From Candidatus Hydrogenedentota bacterium (lineage in GTDB: Bacteria > Hydrogenedentota > Hydrogenedentia > Hydrogenedentales > SLHB01): DNA of 64,000 nucleotides. A program made the position numbers and the translations under genes. The notes under the pieces are model-generated. The model searched no databases. It saw only the letters and a list, made by a program, of their open reading frames with translations, and was not told the DNA's origin. The DNA is taken from NCBI GenBank assembly GCA_963674865.2, contig CAXXYE010000001.1:391089-455088 (forward strand), in the 5' to 3' direction. Shown here piece after piece: positions 28,887 through 38,964 of this stretch (within the stretch, counting starts at the first letter, position 1; every line of letters begins with the position of its first letter).

Positions 28887-30203
28887 CTAGACCTTCTTCG
28901 GGACTTCGAAGGGCTTGCGATACTTGCGCGTGAGGAGCTTGTTGGCCTCACGGGAGTTCGTGAACCGCTCTTTCTCGGGGTCGAATTCGAGGCGTCTATC
29001 CGTACGGTAGGCGATGTTGGCCAAATGGCAATGGGCTGCGCCTATGTGTCCGTCCAAGGCGTTTCCGTGTACATCCGCGAGCCTACGGCTGCGGACGGCG
29101 TTGAGGAAGTTTTCGAAGCAGTTGCCCGTGGACAATTCGTTGGCTGCGTCGGGATTGGGATCGGGCATTTCCTTCCCTTCCTTGTCGAAGAGTTTCCTCT
29201 CCGCGAGGTGGCCCTCGGAGCCGTAGAATAGGTTGCCGATGCGTACGCCTTCCTCGTCGTTGGTATACCGCCCGCGCACTTCAAACACAGTCATGGCGCC
29301 GTCGGCGTAGGTCATGGTCGAAACGAGGGTGTTCGGCGTTTCGGCCTGATCTTCGTACGTGTAACGGCCGCCCTGGCTGTAGACCTCGACTGGGAGTCCC
29401 TTGTTCATGCCCCAGACGGCGACGTCCATCTGATGGACGCCCTGGTTGCCGATGTCGCCATTGCCAAAATCCCAGAACCAGTGCCAGTTGTAGTGCACCC
29501 AGATGCCGCGGTCGCCTTCTTTGTTGGGGTAGTCCATATACTGGCGCGCCGGGGCGGGGCCTTGCCACAAGTCCCAGTCCAGGTTGGCCGGCGGGTCCAT
29601 GGGTTCCCCGAAGCCGATGGAGTTGCGCCGCTTGTAGCACAACGCCCGGGCCATGTAGATATCTCCGATCTCGCCGTCGCGCATACGTTGGATCGCGCGA
29701 ATCCAGCCGCGATCAGAACGGCGTTGCGTACCGTGCTGGACGATGCGGCCGTACTTCTCCGCCGCTTCAACCAGTTTGCGGCCTTCCCAAATGTTGTGGG
29801 ATAGGGGCTTCTCGACATAGACATCCTTGCCGGCCTGGCAGGCCCAGATGGTGCCTAGGGAGTGCCAGTGGTTTGGCGTGGCGAAGGTCACGACATCGAT
29901 GGTGTCGTCGGCCATGACGTCACGCATGTCCACGTATGTCTTGGGGCGCTTCCCTGTGTTCTCCTGTACCTGTGCGGCTCGCTTTTCAAGAACTTTGCGA
30001 TCCGCGTCGCATAGCGCCACGACTTCGGAACCAGGTAAGGTGGTAAACGCCCCGATGTGGCTGCCGCCGCGGCCGCGTATGCCTACGCAGGCCACCCGGA
30101 TGTTGTCGTTTGCGCCAAATACTTTCCCGTTTGCCATGGTGCCCGCCGCTACGACGGCCGCGGCGGAGGAACCTAAGAACTGCCTTCGCGTCACTTCCAT
30201 CAC
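28887..30203 (-). CDS. Tat-exported Gfo/Idh/MocA oxidoreductase
   Basis: TRRQFL Tat motif; 'ATPNHWH', 'KDVYVEKP', 'QHGTQRRS', 'GNQGVH'. Confidence 0.92.
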   Translation of the reverse strand: MMEVTRRQFLGSSAAAVVAAGTMANGKVFGANDNIRVACVGIRGRGGSHIGAFTTLPGSEVVALCDADRKVLEKRAAQVQENTGKRPKTYVDMRDVMADDTIDVVTFATPNHWHSLGTIWACQAGKDVYVEKPLSHNIWEGRKLVEAAEKYGRIVQHGTQRRSDRGWIRAIQRMRDGEIGDIYMARALCYKRRNSIGFGEPMDPPANLDWDLWQGPAPARQYMDYPNKEGDRGIWVHYNWHWFWDFGNGDIGNQGVHQMDVAVWGMNKGLPVEVYSQGGRYTYEDQAETPNTLVSTMTYADGAMTVFEVRGRYTNDEEGVRIGNLFYGSEGHLAERKLFDKEGKEMPDPNPDAANELSTGNCFENFLNAVRSRRLADVHGNALDGHIGAAHCHLANIAYRTDRRLEFDPEKERFTNSREANKLLTRKYRKPFEVPKKV

Positions 30204-30455
30204 TCTCGCTCCTCACTAAGTCAAGGCTCTCCGGTAAGCGGCCACCACAGAGACTACCGACACTTGGCACAGGATGGCTTCCCGAGCGCTCGTGGATGGG
30301 TGGGCGGCGTAGGCCGGATATGCCGGTGGAAAAAAACCGCTAACGACCTCTCGCCGGCTATGATGGCCCATAGGTGAGAAGAAAAGCAAACCTCAGCCGC
30401 GTTTTCACCCTTGAGGTATAGTCTGTAGCCGTATGTGGGCGAAGAATTACGGAGA

Positions 30456-31745
30456 TTATGCGATCTCCGGCACTTCAAAGTTTTCGCGGTAATCTCGCGC
30501 GATGTACTGGTTGGCCTCGTCATCATTGACGAAGCGCTCAGTTGCCGGATCGAAATCGAGCGAGCGCTGCAATCGGTAGGCGATGTTGCCTATGTGGCAG
30601 TGGACGCAGGAGATATGGCCGTCCAGGGCCGGGGCACGCAGGTCCTCGGGCTTGCGCGATCGCACCGCCTTGAGGAAGTTGCCGATGCGGCCGTTGGTCG
30701 TTGGTAGTTCAGCATCTTTCGGCAGGGGGATGGGTTCGTTCTTGTAGTTGAAGAAGCCCGCGCCGCGGACATAGTATCCCTCCGAGCCAAAGAAGCTGTT
30801 GCCGCATTTCGGGCCGCCGCCCTCCCAGAAAGAGCCGATATTCCGCACCTCGAAGGTGAGCATGGTGCCGTCTGCGTAGGTGAAACTGGTGGCTTGTGTA
30901 TTCGGCGTCATGCCGTCGTCATTCCACGCGTAGCGTCCGCCGGTGCTGTAGGTTCGCACCGGCAAGCCCTTGTTCATGCCCCAGACGGCGACGTCCATTT
31001 CGTGCACGCCCTGATTGCCGATCTCGCCATTGCCGTAATCCCAGCACCAGTGCCAGTTGTAGTGGACGTAGCGTGTACTGAAGGGCCGCGCGTGGGCGGG
31101 GCCTTGCCAGAGGTTCCAATCTAGGTAGTCTGGCGGCGGCGCGTCCGGGTGTGTTCCCATCGACGCGCGCGTTTTGTAGACGTAGCCTCGGGCGTGGAAG
31201 ATGTCCCCGATGAATCCACTATGGATGAGCGCAATATCGCGCATCATTTCCGGAATCGAACGCTGTTGCGTGCCGTGCTGCACAGTCCGGTTGTACTTTG
31301 CCGCGGCATTAGCCAGTTGGCGGCCTTCCCAGACGTTGTGGGAAAGTGGCTTCTCGACGTACACATCCTTGCCGGCCTGACACGCCCAGATTCCGGCGAG
31401 GGAATGCCAATGATTCGGCGTGGCGATGCTCACGACGTCTATCGAGTCGTCCTCGAGCAAGTCACGAATATCGGTATAGCCTTTGGATTTGCGTCCCGAA
31501 ATCTCCTTGGCCTCCGCTCGCCGCTGCTCGAGCACCTCCTTGTCGGGGTCGCAGAGCGCCACCACCTCCGCTTCATCCGATAGGCTTAGGTAGCTCTTCA
31601 TGTGGCTGTTACCTTGGCCGTGCACACCCATGATCGCAACTTGGATACGGTTGTTCGCGCCCATAATTCTCCCCTGTGGGAACGTGCCGGCCCCGGCCGC
31701 CGCCATTGCCGAACGTCCCAGAAACTGCCGCCGTGTTATGCCCAT
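30456..31745 (-). CDS. Tat-exported Gfo/Idh/MocA oxidoreductase (tandem paralog)
   Basis: TRRQFL; same motifs as its neighbour. Confidence 0.92.
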   Translation of the reverse strand: MGITRRQFLGRSAMAAAGAGTFPQGRIMGANNRIQVAIMGVHGQGNSHMKSYLSLSDEAEVVALCDPDKEVLEQRRAEAKEISGRKSKGYTDIRDLLEDDSIDVVSIATPNHWHSLAGIWACQAGKDVYVEKPLSHNVWEGRQLANAAAKYNRTVQHGTQQRSIPEMMRDIALIHSGFIGDIFHARGYVYKTRASMGTHPDAPPPDYLDWNLWQGPAHARPFSTRYVHYNWHWCWDYGNGEIGNQGVHEMDVAVWGMNKGLPVRTYSTGGRYAWNDDGMTPNTQATSFTYADGTMLTFEVRNIGSFWEGGGPKCGNSFFGSEGYYVRGAGFFNYKNEPIPLPKDAELPTTNGRIGNFLKAVRSRKPEDLRAPALDGHISCVHCHIGNIAYRLQRSLDFDPATERFVNDDEANQYIARDYRENFEVPEIA

Positions 31746-31824
31746 AACTGCCTCCCAGTGGTTATTCTATGTCCGAACGGCCGTGCTTTTGTCCAGGTCG
31801 GTAATGCATGCCCGGCCACGCTTT

Positions 31825-33252
31825 TTATGCCTGGGCTTTGTCGGCCAGTTCGCCGAAGCGATGGACGACGGCGAGGGCCGGGTCGAGCGGTACTTCGGCG
31901 TGCTTGGTACCGGGAGGCGTATCGATGGTTGGGGTCGCGCGGAGTGTTTGCCCGGCGAACCGCGGCAGCCATTCTTTCTCGGCCTCGAGCATTTCCGCGG
32001 CCATGTCACGCGTTTCTTTGAGCGTGAGCACCGCCGATGTCAGCGGGTCCATGGCGCAGGCCGCCACGACAAGTTCGGGATCCGCCTGTATGGCGGCCTC
32101 GACGGCAAGTCCTTGGACGGTGACATTGCTCTGATTCAGCGCCGCTAACTGGGAGGGCAAATCACCCACGAAGGTGGGGTGCAGGCCCATCCGGTCGACG
32201 AATACGGGCACCTCGACGCAGCACCCCCGCGGGAGGTTCGTGATGTAGCCGTCGTTGCGCACATTGCCTTGGAGTTTGAAAGGGACGCCGGTTTCGAGGG
32301 CCTCGAGGATGTACGAGCAATACTCGACGCTGCGCCTGTCCAGGCTCGTGGGTTCATCGGCGAGGTTGTCCTCGTTCTGCAATCTGTCCGCGATGAGCCT
32401 GCACCACTTCAGGTAGGCGCCGCTCTCGCCGCCGAAGGAAGGCTCGTCGCAATAGAGGTCCAGCGCCTTCTGATTCTTGCGGAACCACGGCAGGTACTCG
32501 GACAGGTGCCCGGTGCTTTCCGTCATGAAGTAGCCGAAATGGCGCATCACCTCGATACGCACCTTCTCGTTGATGTAATACTCCGGTTGCTCGCATTTTT
32601 CCTTGAAGAGGGGATAGAGGTCTTTCCCTTCGCGCTCCATTTTCAGGAACCATGCCATGTGATTGATGCCCGCCGCGACGAAGTCGATCTCGCTCTTCGG
32701 CAGGCCCACATATCCCGCGATTAGGTCCAGTGTAGTCTGCACGCCGTGGCACAGGCCGATGGACTCAAGGCCCGGCACCGTGCCGAGGGCCCAGCAAACG
32801 GGGGCCATCGGATTGACGTAATTCAGCAGGCAGGCGTTCGGGCATAGCTCCTGCATGTCGTTGGCCAAGTCCAGCATGACGGGAATGGTGCGTAGCGCGC
32901 GGAAGAAGCCGCCTGGGCCGAGGCTGTCGCCGATGCACTGATCGACACCGTGCTTCAGCGGGATCTCGTAATCCGCCTGGAAGGCGTCCACGCCGCCGAT
33001 CTGGAGCATGGCGATGACGTAATCGGCGCCTTCGAGCGCTTCCCGGCGATCAAGCGTGACGGAGGCTTTGGCGTCAAGATGATTGTCGGCGATGACGCGA
33101 TCCGCGAAGCGCTTGACACGTTCGAGTTTGGGCATCGTGCGGCTCATGAGGCATAGCTCGCTGTCCCTCAGGGCAGGTGTTGCGAGAATGTCCATCGTGA
33201 GAGTCTTGCAGAATACGATGCTCCCCGCTCCAATCATCGCGATCTTCGGCAT
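31825..33252 (-). CDS. melA: Alpha-galactosidase, glycoside hydrolase family 4
   Basis: 'IGAGSIVF', 'QCIGDSLGPGG', 'NYVNPM', 'GLCHGV', 'GINHMAW', 'TESTGH'. Confidence 0.9.
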   Translation of the reverse strand: MPKIAMIGAGSIVFCKTLTMDILATPALRDSELCLMSRTMPKLERVKRFADRVIADNHLDAKASVTLDRREALEGADYVIAMLQIGGVDAFQADYEIPLKHGVDQCIGDSLGPGGFFRALRTIPVMLDLANDMQELCPNACLLNYVNPMAPVCWALGTVPGLESIGLCHGVQTTLDLIAGYVGLPKSEIDFVAAGINHMAWFLKMEREGKDLYPLFKEKCEQPEYYINEKVRIEVMRHFGYFMTESTGHLSEYLPWFRKNQKALDLYCDEPSFGGESGAYLKWCRLIADRLQNEDNLADEPTSLDRRSVEYCSYILEALETGVPFKLQGNVRNDGYITNLPRGCCVEVPVFVDRMGLHPTFVGDLPSQLAALNQSNVTVQGLAVEAAIQADPELVVAACAMDPLTSAVLTLKETRDMAAEMLEAEKEWLPRFAGQTLRATPTIDTPPGTKHAEVPLDPALAVVHRFGELADKAQA

Positions 33253-34399
33253 GGCATGTTCCTCCCGATTCGGCTGCGGCCGACGGCCCGATCAATCCCT
33301 CGTAGAGTTGCTCGTACTGAGGTACGATCTCCTGCTTGTTGAAGAGTTTTTCCACGCGTTCCCGGCCAAGGCGGCCCATCTCGGCGGCGCGGCTCGCGTC
33401 CTGTAAGACGCGCAGGGCGTGATCGGCCATGGCATCCGTGTCGCCCACTTCGCACAGGTAGCCGGTGACGCCATGCTCAACCACCTCACACACGCCCCCG
33501 CTGGCCGTGCTCAGTACCGGTATCCCACACGCCATGGCTTCGAGAGGCACGAGCCCGAAGCTTTCGTGCTCGCTAGGCTGGAACACGAGGTCCGCACACG
33601 GCAGGATGCTCTCGATGTTCTGGGTGTTTCCGAGGTAGCGGATCTTGTCCGAGACGCCCAACTGTTTTGCCACGCCCACGGCCGACATTCTCTCGGGGCC
33701 GTCGCCAACCATCACAAGCCTTGCGGGGATGCGATCGACGATCTTCTTGAAGGCTCGCACCACATCCGTGACACGTTTGACAGGGCGGAAATTCGAGATG
33801 TGCATGATGATCTTCTCGCCGCCTTCGGCGAGGCAACACGGCGGGCGCCTGATGCTGTCGAACTTGTCGAGATCCAGGAAGTTGTAGATGCGCTTTGCCG
33901 GCCGGTTCAGTGCGAATTCCCGCTGGGTTTCCTCCGCGAGCCAGTCGGAGACGGCCGTAACCTCGTCGCTTTGCTCCATGGCGAACTTCGTCAGGCGAAA
34001 GAAGGAGGGATCGCTTCCGACGAGGGTGATGTCGGTGCCGTGCAGCGTCGTGACAATCTTGAACCGCTTTTCCGGCGGAAGCATGTCGCGGGCGAGGATG
34101 GCGCATGCGGTGTGGGGGATGGCGTAATGCGTGTGCCAGATCTGCGCTTCGTGTTCTTCGGCCACCTCGGCGATGCGCGTGGCGAGCGCCAGCGAATATG
34201 GCGGGTATTTGAAGAGCGGATAGGAGACGAAATCAACGTTGTGGCAGCAGATATTCTCGTGGAACGCCGGGAGCCGAAAAGGCTCCTCGAAGGCGACGAA
34301 GGTTACTTTGTGGCCGCGATCGGCGAGGGCGATGCCCAGCTCTGTGGCCAGAATGCCGCTGCCGCCGGCCGAGGGATGGCACGTAATGCCGATTCTCAT
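33074..34399 (-). CDS. bshA: N-acetyl-alpha-D-glucosaminyl L-malate synthase
   Basis: 'CHPSAGGSGILATELG', 'HYAIPH', 'TTLHGTDITLVG', 'HISNFRPVKR', 'ESFGL'; C-terminus runs 179 nt into melA. Confidence 0.93.
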   Translation of the reverse strand: MRIGITCHPSAGGSGILATELGIALADRGHKVTFVAFEEPFRLPAFHENICCHNVDFVSYPLFKYPPYSLALATRIAEVAEEHEAQIWHTHYAIPHTACAILARDMLPPEKRFKIVTTLHGTDITLVGSDPSFFRLTKFAMEQSDEVTAVSDWLAEETQREFALNRPAKRIYNFLDLDKFDSIRRPPCCLAEGGEKIIMHISNFRPVKRVTDVVRAFKKIVDRIPARLVMVGDGPERMSAVGVAKQLGVSDKIRYLGNTQNIESILPCADLVFQPSEHESFGLVPLEAMACGIPVLSTASGGVCEVVEHGVTGYLCEVGDTDAMADHALRVLQDASRAAEMGRLGRERVEKLFNKQEIVPQYEQLYEGLIGPSAAAESGGTCHAEDRDDWSGEHRILQDSHDGHSRNTCPEGQRAMPHEPHDAQTRTCQALRGSRHRRQSS

Positions 34400-35112
34400 G
34401 GGGCTTTCTCCAGGCCGGGCAGTCCGGCGATGGCTATCGGCCCGTCCGCGTAGAGCGGCTCGCCGTATTTTGCGTTGATGCGGTGCCCCCAGTACAACGC
34501 GCGGGTGCGAATCGTTTCCCAGAAGGCCTCCGAGGATATGTGTGTCGCCTTACCGGAATAGGCCGGATTGAAGAACTGGGACTTGTGCGCCCGAAGGGCG
34601 TCGAGTTTCGCCTCAAAGTGCTCCGAAATATCCACGACTAGCGGGGGGGACTCGCGGTCATCATCATAGGGGTGGTAGTAATAAACGAGCGGCGTCCGGT
34701 AGGGATCCTGGCCGGTGTCGATTCTTGCGAGGCCCGCGAAGTAGTTGGCATCTCGGGCGATGTCATGGGCTCTGTTGTGATCCGGGTGTCTGTCGGCGCG
34801 CATCGGCGCCAGCAGGACGTTGGGCCGCAGGCGTCGCAGGAAGGGGATGACATGCCGCTGTTGCTCGGCTGTGTTTGCTAGGCCGGCGTCCGGCAGGCCG
34901 GCCGTCTCACGTACGGTAACGCCCAGGATGTGCGCGGCTTCCTGTCCCTCTTGCCTGCGCTCTTCGACGGTGCCGCGCGTGCTCATCTCACCCTCGGTAA
35001 GATCGAGGATAGCTACAGTGTGCCCCGCCGTCGTGAGCGCATGGAGTAGGCCGCCGATGCCCAGTTCGACATCATCCGGGTGGGCGCCTATGGCCAGGAC
35101 GTCTACCGTCAC
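34396..35112 (-). CDS. bshB1: N-acetyl-alpha-D-glucosaminyl L-malate deacetylase
   Basis: 'AHPDDVEL', 'DLTEGEMSTRG', 'DRHPDH'; lies between bshC and bshA. Confidence 0.92.
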   Translation of the reverse strand: MTVDVLAIGAHPDDVELGIGGLLHALTTAGHTVAILDLTEGEMSTRGTVEERRQEGQEAAHILGVTVRETAGLPDAGLANTAEQQRHVIPFLRRLRPNVLLAPMRADRHPDHNRAHDIARDANYFAGLARIDTGQDPYRTPLVYYYHPYDDDRESPPLVVDISEHFEAKLDALRAHKSQFFNPAYSGKATHISSEAFWETIRTRALYWGHRINAKYGEPLYADGPIAIAGLPGLEKAP

Positions 35113-36659
35113 AACTCGATCTCATTCATGGTGAATGATCCCACGTCCAAAGACTCGATTAACCTGGGAATGAGATCCCAGCCCTGCTCAAACAAGAAGG
35201 AAAAAACAGTATACACGCGTTCCTGCGGTTTCCGCCACGGCGCCAGGGCATGGGATAGTCGAAGCACCTGGCTGCGCGTGGCCTCGATGCGCGCCTTATC
35301 ACCGTGTACGATGGCCCGCTCGAGGCGGTCGAGTTCGGATGCCAGCTTCTGCCGGATGCCCTCAGCCATGTCGGCCCAGGCGGGCCGCGCCTTCGCGAGA
35401 TCCTTTTGGAGGGCCTGGACGGCATCTTCGATGCGGGGCCGGTGGGCCTGAACGTGCGCGAGGGCGGGACTCGTTGTGGTATGGCGCAGGACTACTTCGA
35501 GGAGTTCGTCGAAGGGGGCGGCCAGATCGTCTAGGTCCAGGCCCAGTCTTGCTCTCAGCTTGTTGAGTTTCGTTGATGTGAGTGTACACCGCGCGCGAGG
35601 ATACACCACCGGCATGGACAGCTGGAAGCGCTCGAAGAGAGGCTTCAACTGAGCCCAGTAGGCCAGTTCTCCCGGCCCCGCCACGTAAGCCGTTGTCGGA
35701 AACAGGTGTTGCTGGACGATACACCGCAGTGCCACGTTTGGGCTGAATTGCTCCGGCGACGAGTCGAGCAAAGCCAGGAGTTCGTCCGCGGTGAATGACG
35801 CGCCGGTATCGGGCAGTTCAAACCGGCTTCCGCTGAAGAGCACCCGTCGCCGTTTGGCATCCACCTCCAGGAAGAAGCTGCACGCATCGGGATCCTTGGC
35901 AACCTGCTTGGGGAATCCCATCGCCGCCAAGCGGTCGCCTGTTTCGTTGAGCAGCCGGGTCGAGGCCAGGGGATCGAGGAGTTCCTGCTCGATAATCGGT
36001 GCTGCCGCGGCGCGGGCGGCAGGCAAGTGCGGGGAGAAGAGCACCAGCGGGGTGTTTCGGAATAGCCGGGCAAGGAGGCGGGCGCACCAATCGGATAGTG
36101 AGTCCGCCGCGTCCAGGGCTTCATGGAGCGTTGCCGCGACCTCTTGTCGGAACTCCGAGCCCCGCGTCTCGGCCGCAGCGCGGTCTATGAGGCCGTGCAA
36201 TGACGCCTCGACGGGCACGTGATACATCGGCGTGTCGTCCACGGTGGCTGTGGGCTCGTATGTCAGCGTCAAAGGCTCGTCCGATTTCGTCAGAAAATGG
36301 GCGCTTTGGGCCTCTTCGAAATCGTGGTCCTCGCTCCCGCACCAGAAGACTGGCAGGCATGGCCGGCCGGTTTGCTCGCTCAGCTTTCTGGCCAGGATGA
36401 CGGCGGTCATGGCCTTGTAGATCGTATAGAGCGGGCCTGTGAACAGGCCGGGCTGCTGGCCGGTGATGATGACGGCCTCATTGCCCGCGAAGGCGGGGGC
36501 ATTGCCGAGGCAAGCTTGGTATTCCGCCAATGCTTCGGCGAGTTGAGGCGCCCACGGCCCCGCCGTGGGGACGCTCCGCCAGAGGGCGCGCGGCGGATGG
36601 GCGAAGAACGCCAGCAACTCCGGCGTCTCGTTCAGGTATTCGGCCACGAGGTCGCGCAT
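35109..36659 (-). CDS. bshC: Bacillithiol biosynthesis cysteine-adding enzyme
   Basis: 'TGQQPGLFTGPLYTIYKA', 'EDHDFEE', 'SPNVALR', 'GPGELAYWAQL', 'PQER'. Confidence 0.95.
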   Translation of the reverse strand: MRDLVAEYLNETPELLAFFAHPPRALWRSVPTAGPWAPQLAEALAEYQACLGNAPAFAGNEAVIITGQQPGLFTGPLYTIYKAMTAVILARKLSEQTGRPCLPVFWCGSEDHDFEEAQSAHFLTKSDEPLTLTYEPTATVDDTPMYHVPVEASLHGLIDRAAAETRGSEFRQEVAATLHEALDAADSLSDWCARLLARLFRNTPLVLFSPHLPAARAAAAPIIEQELLDPLASTRLLNETGDRLAAMGFPKQVAKDPDACSFFLEVDAKRRRVLFSGSRFELPDTGASFTADELLALLDSSPEQFSPNVALRCIVQQHLFPTTAYVAGPGELAYWAQLKPLFERFQLSMPVVYPRARCTLTSTKLNKLRARLGLDLDDLAAPFDELLEVVLRHTTTSPALAHVQAHRPRIEDAVQALQKDLAKARPAWADMAEGIRQKLASELDRLERAIVHGDKARIEATRSQVLRLSHALAPWRKPQERVYTVFSFLFEQGWDLIPRLIESLDVGSFTMNEIEL

Positions 36660-36662
36660 CGC

Positions 36663-37418
36663 TTATGCCTTTCGCGCCAGGACGATCATGCGGGGCTGCT
36701 CATCCGACGGCGGAACGCCCGAATAATCGCCCCACACGCGTTCCGCTAACAGGCCGCCTTCAGCGAGTAGCGCCTGGAACTCGTTCGGATCGTAGAGCCT
36801 CACCGATTCACCGAATTCGGCGATAGGGTGGCCGTCCTTGAGCACATTCGTTGTCTTGTTAACACGGCAGCGATCCGTATCGATCCATCGCTCTTCGACT
36901 ATTTGGCAGGCGTCGTGATGACGTACGGAGTGGGGGACAAGCGTGTTCTTCACGTGCGTTGGATTGAGGTAATCGATGAACAGACGCCCGCCGCGCCGCA
37001 GGGCGCGCGATACGCCGCGTACCACGCGCAGATTCTCCTCGGGCGACAGGAAGTAACCGAAGCTCGTGAAGAAGCTTGTGACAACGTCGAATGCCTCGAC
37101 AAAAGGGATGCTCCTCATGTCCGCTCGTACGAGGGCAGCTCTCGTGTCTACAGATGTCCGGGCGAGGGCCAGCAATTGCGGGGAGTAGTCCAGTCCTGTC
37201 GCGTGAGCGGCGTGGCCGGCCAGATGGAAGAGGTGGCGTCCGTTGCCGCAACAGAGGTCGAGTACGCGATCCGTGGGCCGCAGGCCCGTTTGACGGATGG
37301 CAAACGCGGTTTCCGGAGCGGCAGCGGCCACGGTTCGGTGAGCGTAGACGATGGGATATAACGTCCCGAAGGCATCCCGATACCATTCGGGCGCGATGGT
37401 TGGATGCTCGTCAGACAT
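36663..37418 (-). CDS. Class I SAM-dependent methyltransferase (candidate NmbA-like)
   Basis: 'VLDLCCGNGRH', 'ADMR', 'FFTSFGYF'; stop is 3 nt before the bshC start. Confidence 0.85.
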   Translation of the reverse strand: MSDEHPTIAPEWYRDAFGTLYPIVYAHRTVAAAAPETAFAIRQTGLRPTDRVLDLCCGNGRHLFHLAGHAAHATGLDYSPQLLALARTSVDTRAALVRADMRSIPFVEAFDVVTSFFTSFGYFLSPEENLRVVRGVSRALRRGGRLFIDYLNPTHVKNTLVPHSVRHHDACQIVEERWIDTDRCRVNKTTNVLKDGHPIAEFGESVRLYDPNEFQALLAEGGLLAERVWGDYSGVPPSDEQPRMIVLARKA

Positions 37419-37510
37419 ACTGTGAGTCTCGCGGATTTGCGGCTTCTAGGATTCGCTTGGCTCCGAGGATTTGGCTTTAGCTCGTCAACCACGAGGCGGG
37501 ACGCGCCATC

Positions 37511-38950
37511 CTACTCCTCACTTACCGTATGGAGCTTCAACAGGTTCGTCCGTCCACCGACGGCCAAAGGCATCCCGGCAACGATAACCACCGTGTCGCC
37601 CGCGTTGGCAAGGTGGTTATCGGTGATGATCCGATCCACCATACGCACCATTTCATCCGTGTGATTGACCTCGTCGGCCTGGATGGCATCGACGCCCCGG
37701 TTGAGGGCGCAGCGCCGGCGCGTTTCTTCGCTGATTGTCAGCGCGGTGATGGGAGTATTGGGCCGAAATCGCGCGATGGCCCGCGCTGTATGGCCGGACA
37801 TGGTGAAGCAAACGATGCGCTTAACGTCGAGCACCTGCGTCATCCGGCATACGGCTTGTCCGATGGCCTCGCTGAAGGAGCCGCTTCGGATCCCCGAGCT
37901 TCGCAGGCGCGAGACGGCCTCACGCGGGGGCGAGGCGCCGATGGCGGTGTCGGTTCGGTTGGCAATACTCGCCATGACGCGGACGGCCCGGAGTGGGAAC
38001 TTGCCGGCTGCCGTCTCGCCGGAAAGCATGACGGCGTCGGTGCCATCGTAGATGGCGTTGGCGACGTCCGTGACTTCAGCGCGCGTCGGGCGGGGATTTG
38101 TCATCATGGACTCGAGCATCTGTGTGGCCGTGATAACCGGTACGCCGCGATCATTGCATTTGCGGATAAGCTGCTTCTGAATCTGCGGCACCTCGTCGAG
38201 GTCCATCTCGACACCGAGGTCGCCCCGGGCCACCATGACTGCGTCTGTCAGCTCCAGAATCTCATCGAAGCGCTCGACCGCCTCGGGGCGCTCGATTTTG
38301 GCTACGACGTGCGTGTTCTTTCCTGCCGCCTCGATGTGGCGCTTCACCGCCCGGATATCATCCGGGCTTCGCACGAATGAGAGCGCCACGTAGTCAACGC
38401 CGAGACTCAGGCCAAACTCCAGGTCCGCCAGATCCTTCTCCGTGAGTGATGGCGCGCTCACCTCTACGCCGGGCAGGTTGATGCCCTTGTGCTCGCCCAG
38501 GGCGCCGCCATGAACAACGGTGCAGTGCACATCCGGCGGGGCGACCTTTTCGACGCGCAGTTCGATGGTTCCATCGGCGAGAAGGATGCGGTCCTCCGGG
38601 CGGACATCGTCCGGGAGGGCGGTATAGGTCGTGGAGATGAGGCCGGCCGTGCCTAGGACGTCGCGAGTCGTGACGCAGAGCGCCTGGCCCTCGTCAAGGT
38701 CAATGGCAGCGCCGTTTTCGAGCCGCCCCGTGCGTATCTTGGGCCCCTGCAGGTCCATCATGACGGCGACGTCGCATTCGCACTCGTCGGCAAGTCCGCG
38801 AATGGTGTCAAAGGCCCTTCGATGGTCGTCGTGCGAACCGTGTGAGAAATTGAGACGGGCAACATCCATGCCGCCGGTGATGAGTTCACGAACGATTTCC
38901 GGAGCTTCCGAGCTTGGTCCGATGGTGCAGACGATCTTGGTCCGTCGCAT
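37511..38950 (-). CDS. pyk: Pyruvate kinase
   Basis: 'TKIVCTIGP', 'ARLNFSHG', 'DLQGPKIR', 'MVARGDLGVE', 'MLSGETA'. Confidence 0.97.
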   Translation of the reverse strand: MRRTKIVCTIGPSSEAPEIVRELITGGMDVARLNFSHGSHDDHRRAFDTIRGLADECECDVAVMMDLQGPKIRTGRLENGAAIDLDEGQALCVTTRDVLGTAGLISTTYTALPDDVRPEDRILLADGTIELRVEKVAPPDVHCTVVHGGALGEHKGINLPGVEVSAPSLTEKDLADLEFGLSLGVDYVALSFVRSPDDIRAVKRHIEAAGKNTHVVAKIERPEAVERFDEILELTDAVMVARGDLGVEMDLDEVPQIQKQLIRKCNDRGVPVITATQMLESMMTNPRPTRAEVTDVANAIYDGTDAVMLSGETAAGKFPLRAVRVMASIANRTDTAIGASPPREAVSRLRSSGIRSGSFSEAIGQAVCRMTQVLDVKRIVCFTMSGHTARAIARFRPNTPITALTISEETRRRCALNRGVDAIQADEVNHTDEMVRMVDRIITDNHLANAGDTVVIVAGMPLAVGGRTNLLKLHTVSEE

Positions 38951-38964
38951 GCTTGTATCCCCTA

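Noticed and set aside
30309..30326. GTAGGCCGGATA resembling an enterobacterial REP
   Set aside because: Single partial match without the rest of the palindrome; likely chance.
28887..31745. Tandem Gfo/Idh/MocA paralogues sharing short identical DNA tracts
   Set aside because: Common family expansion; the shared tracts are conserved coding motifs.
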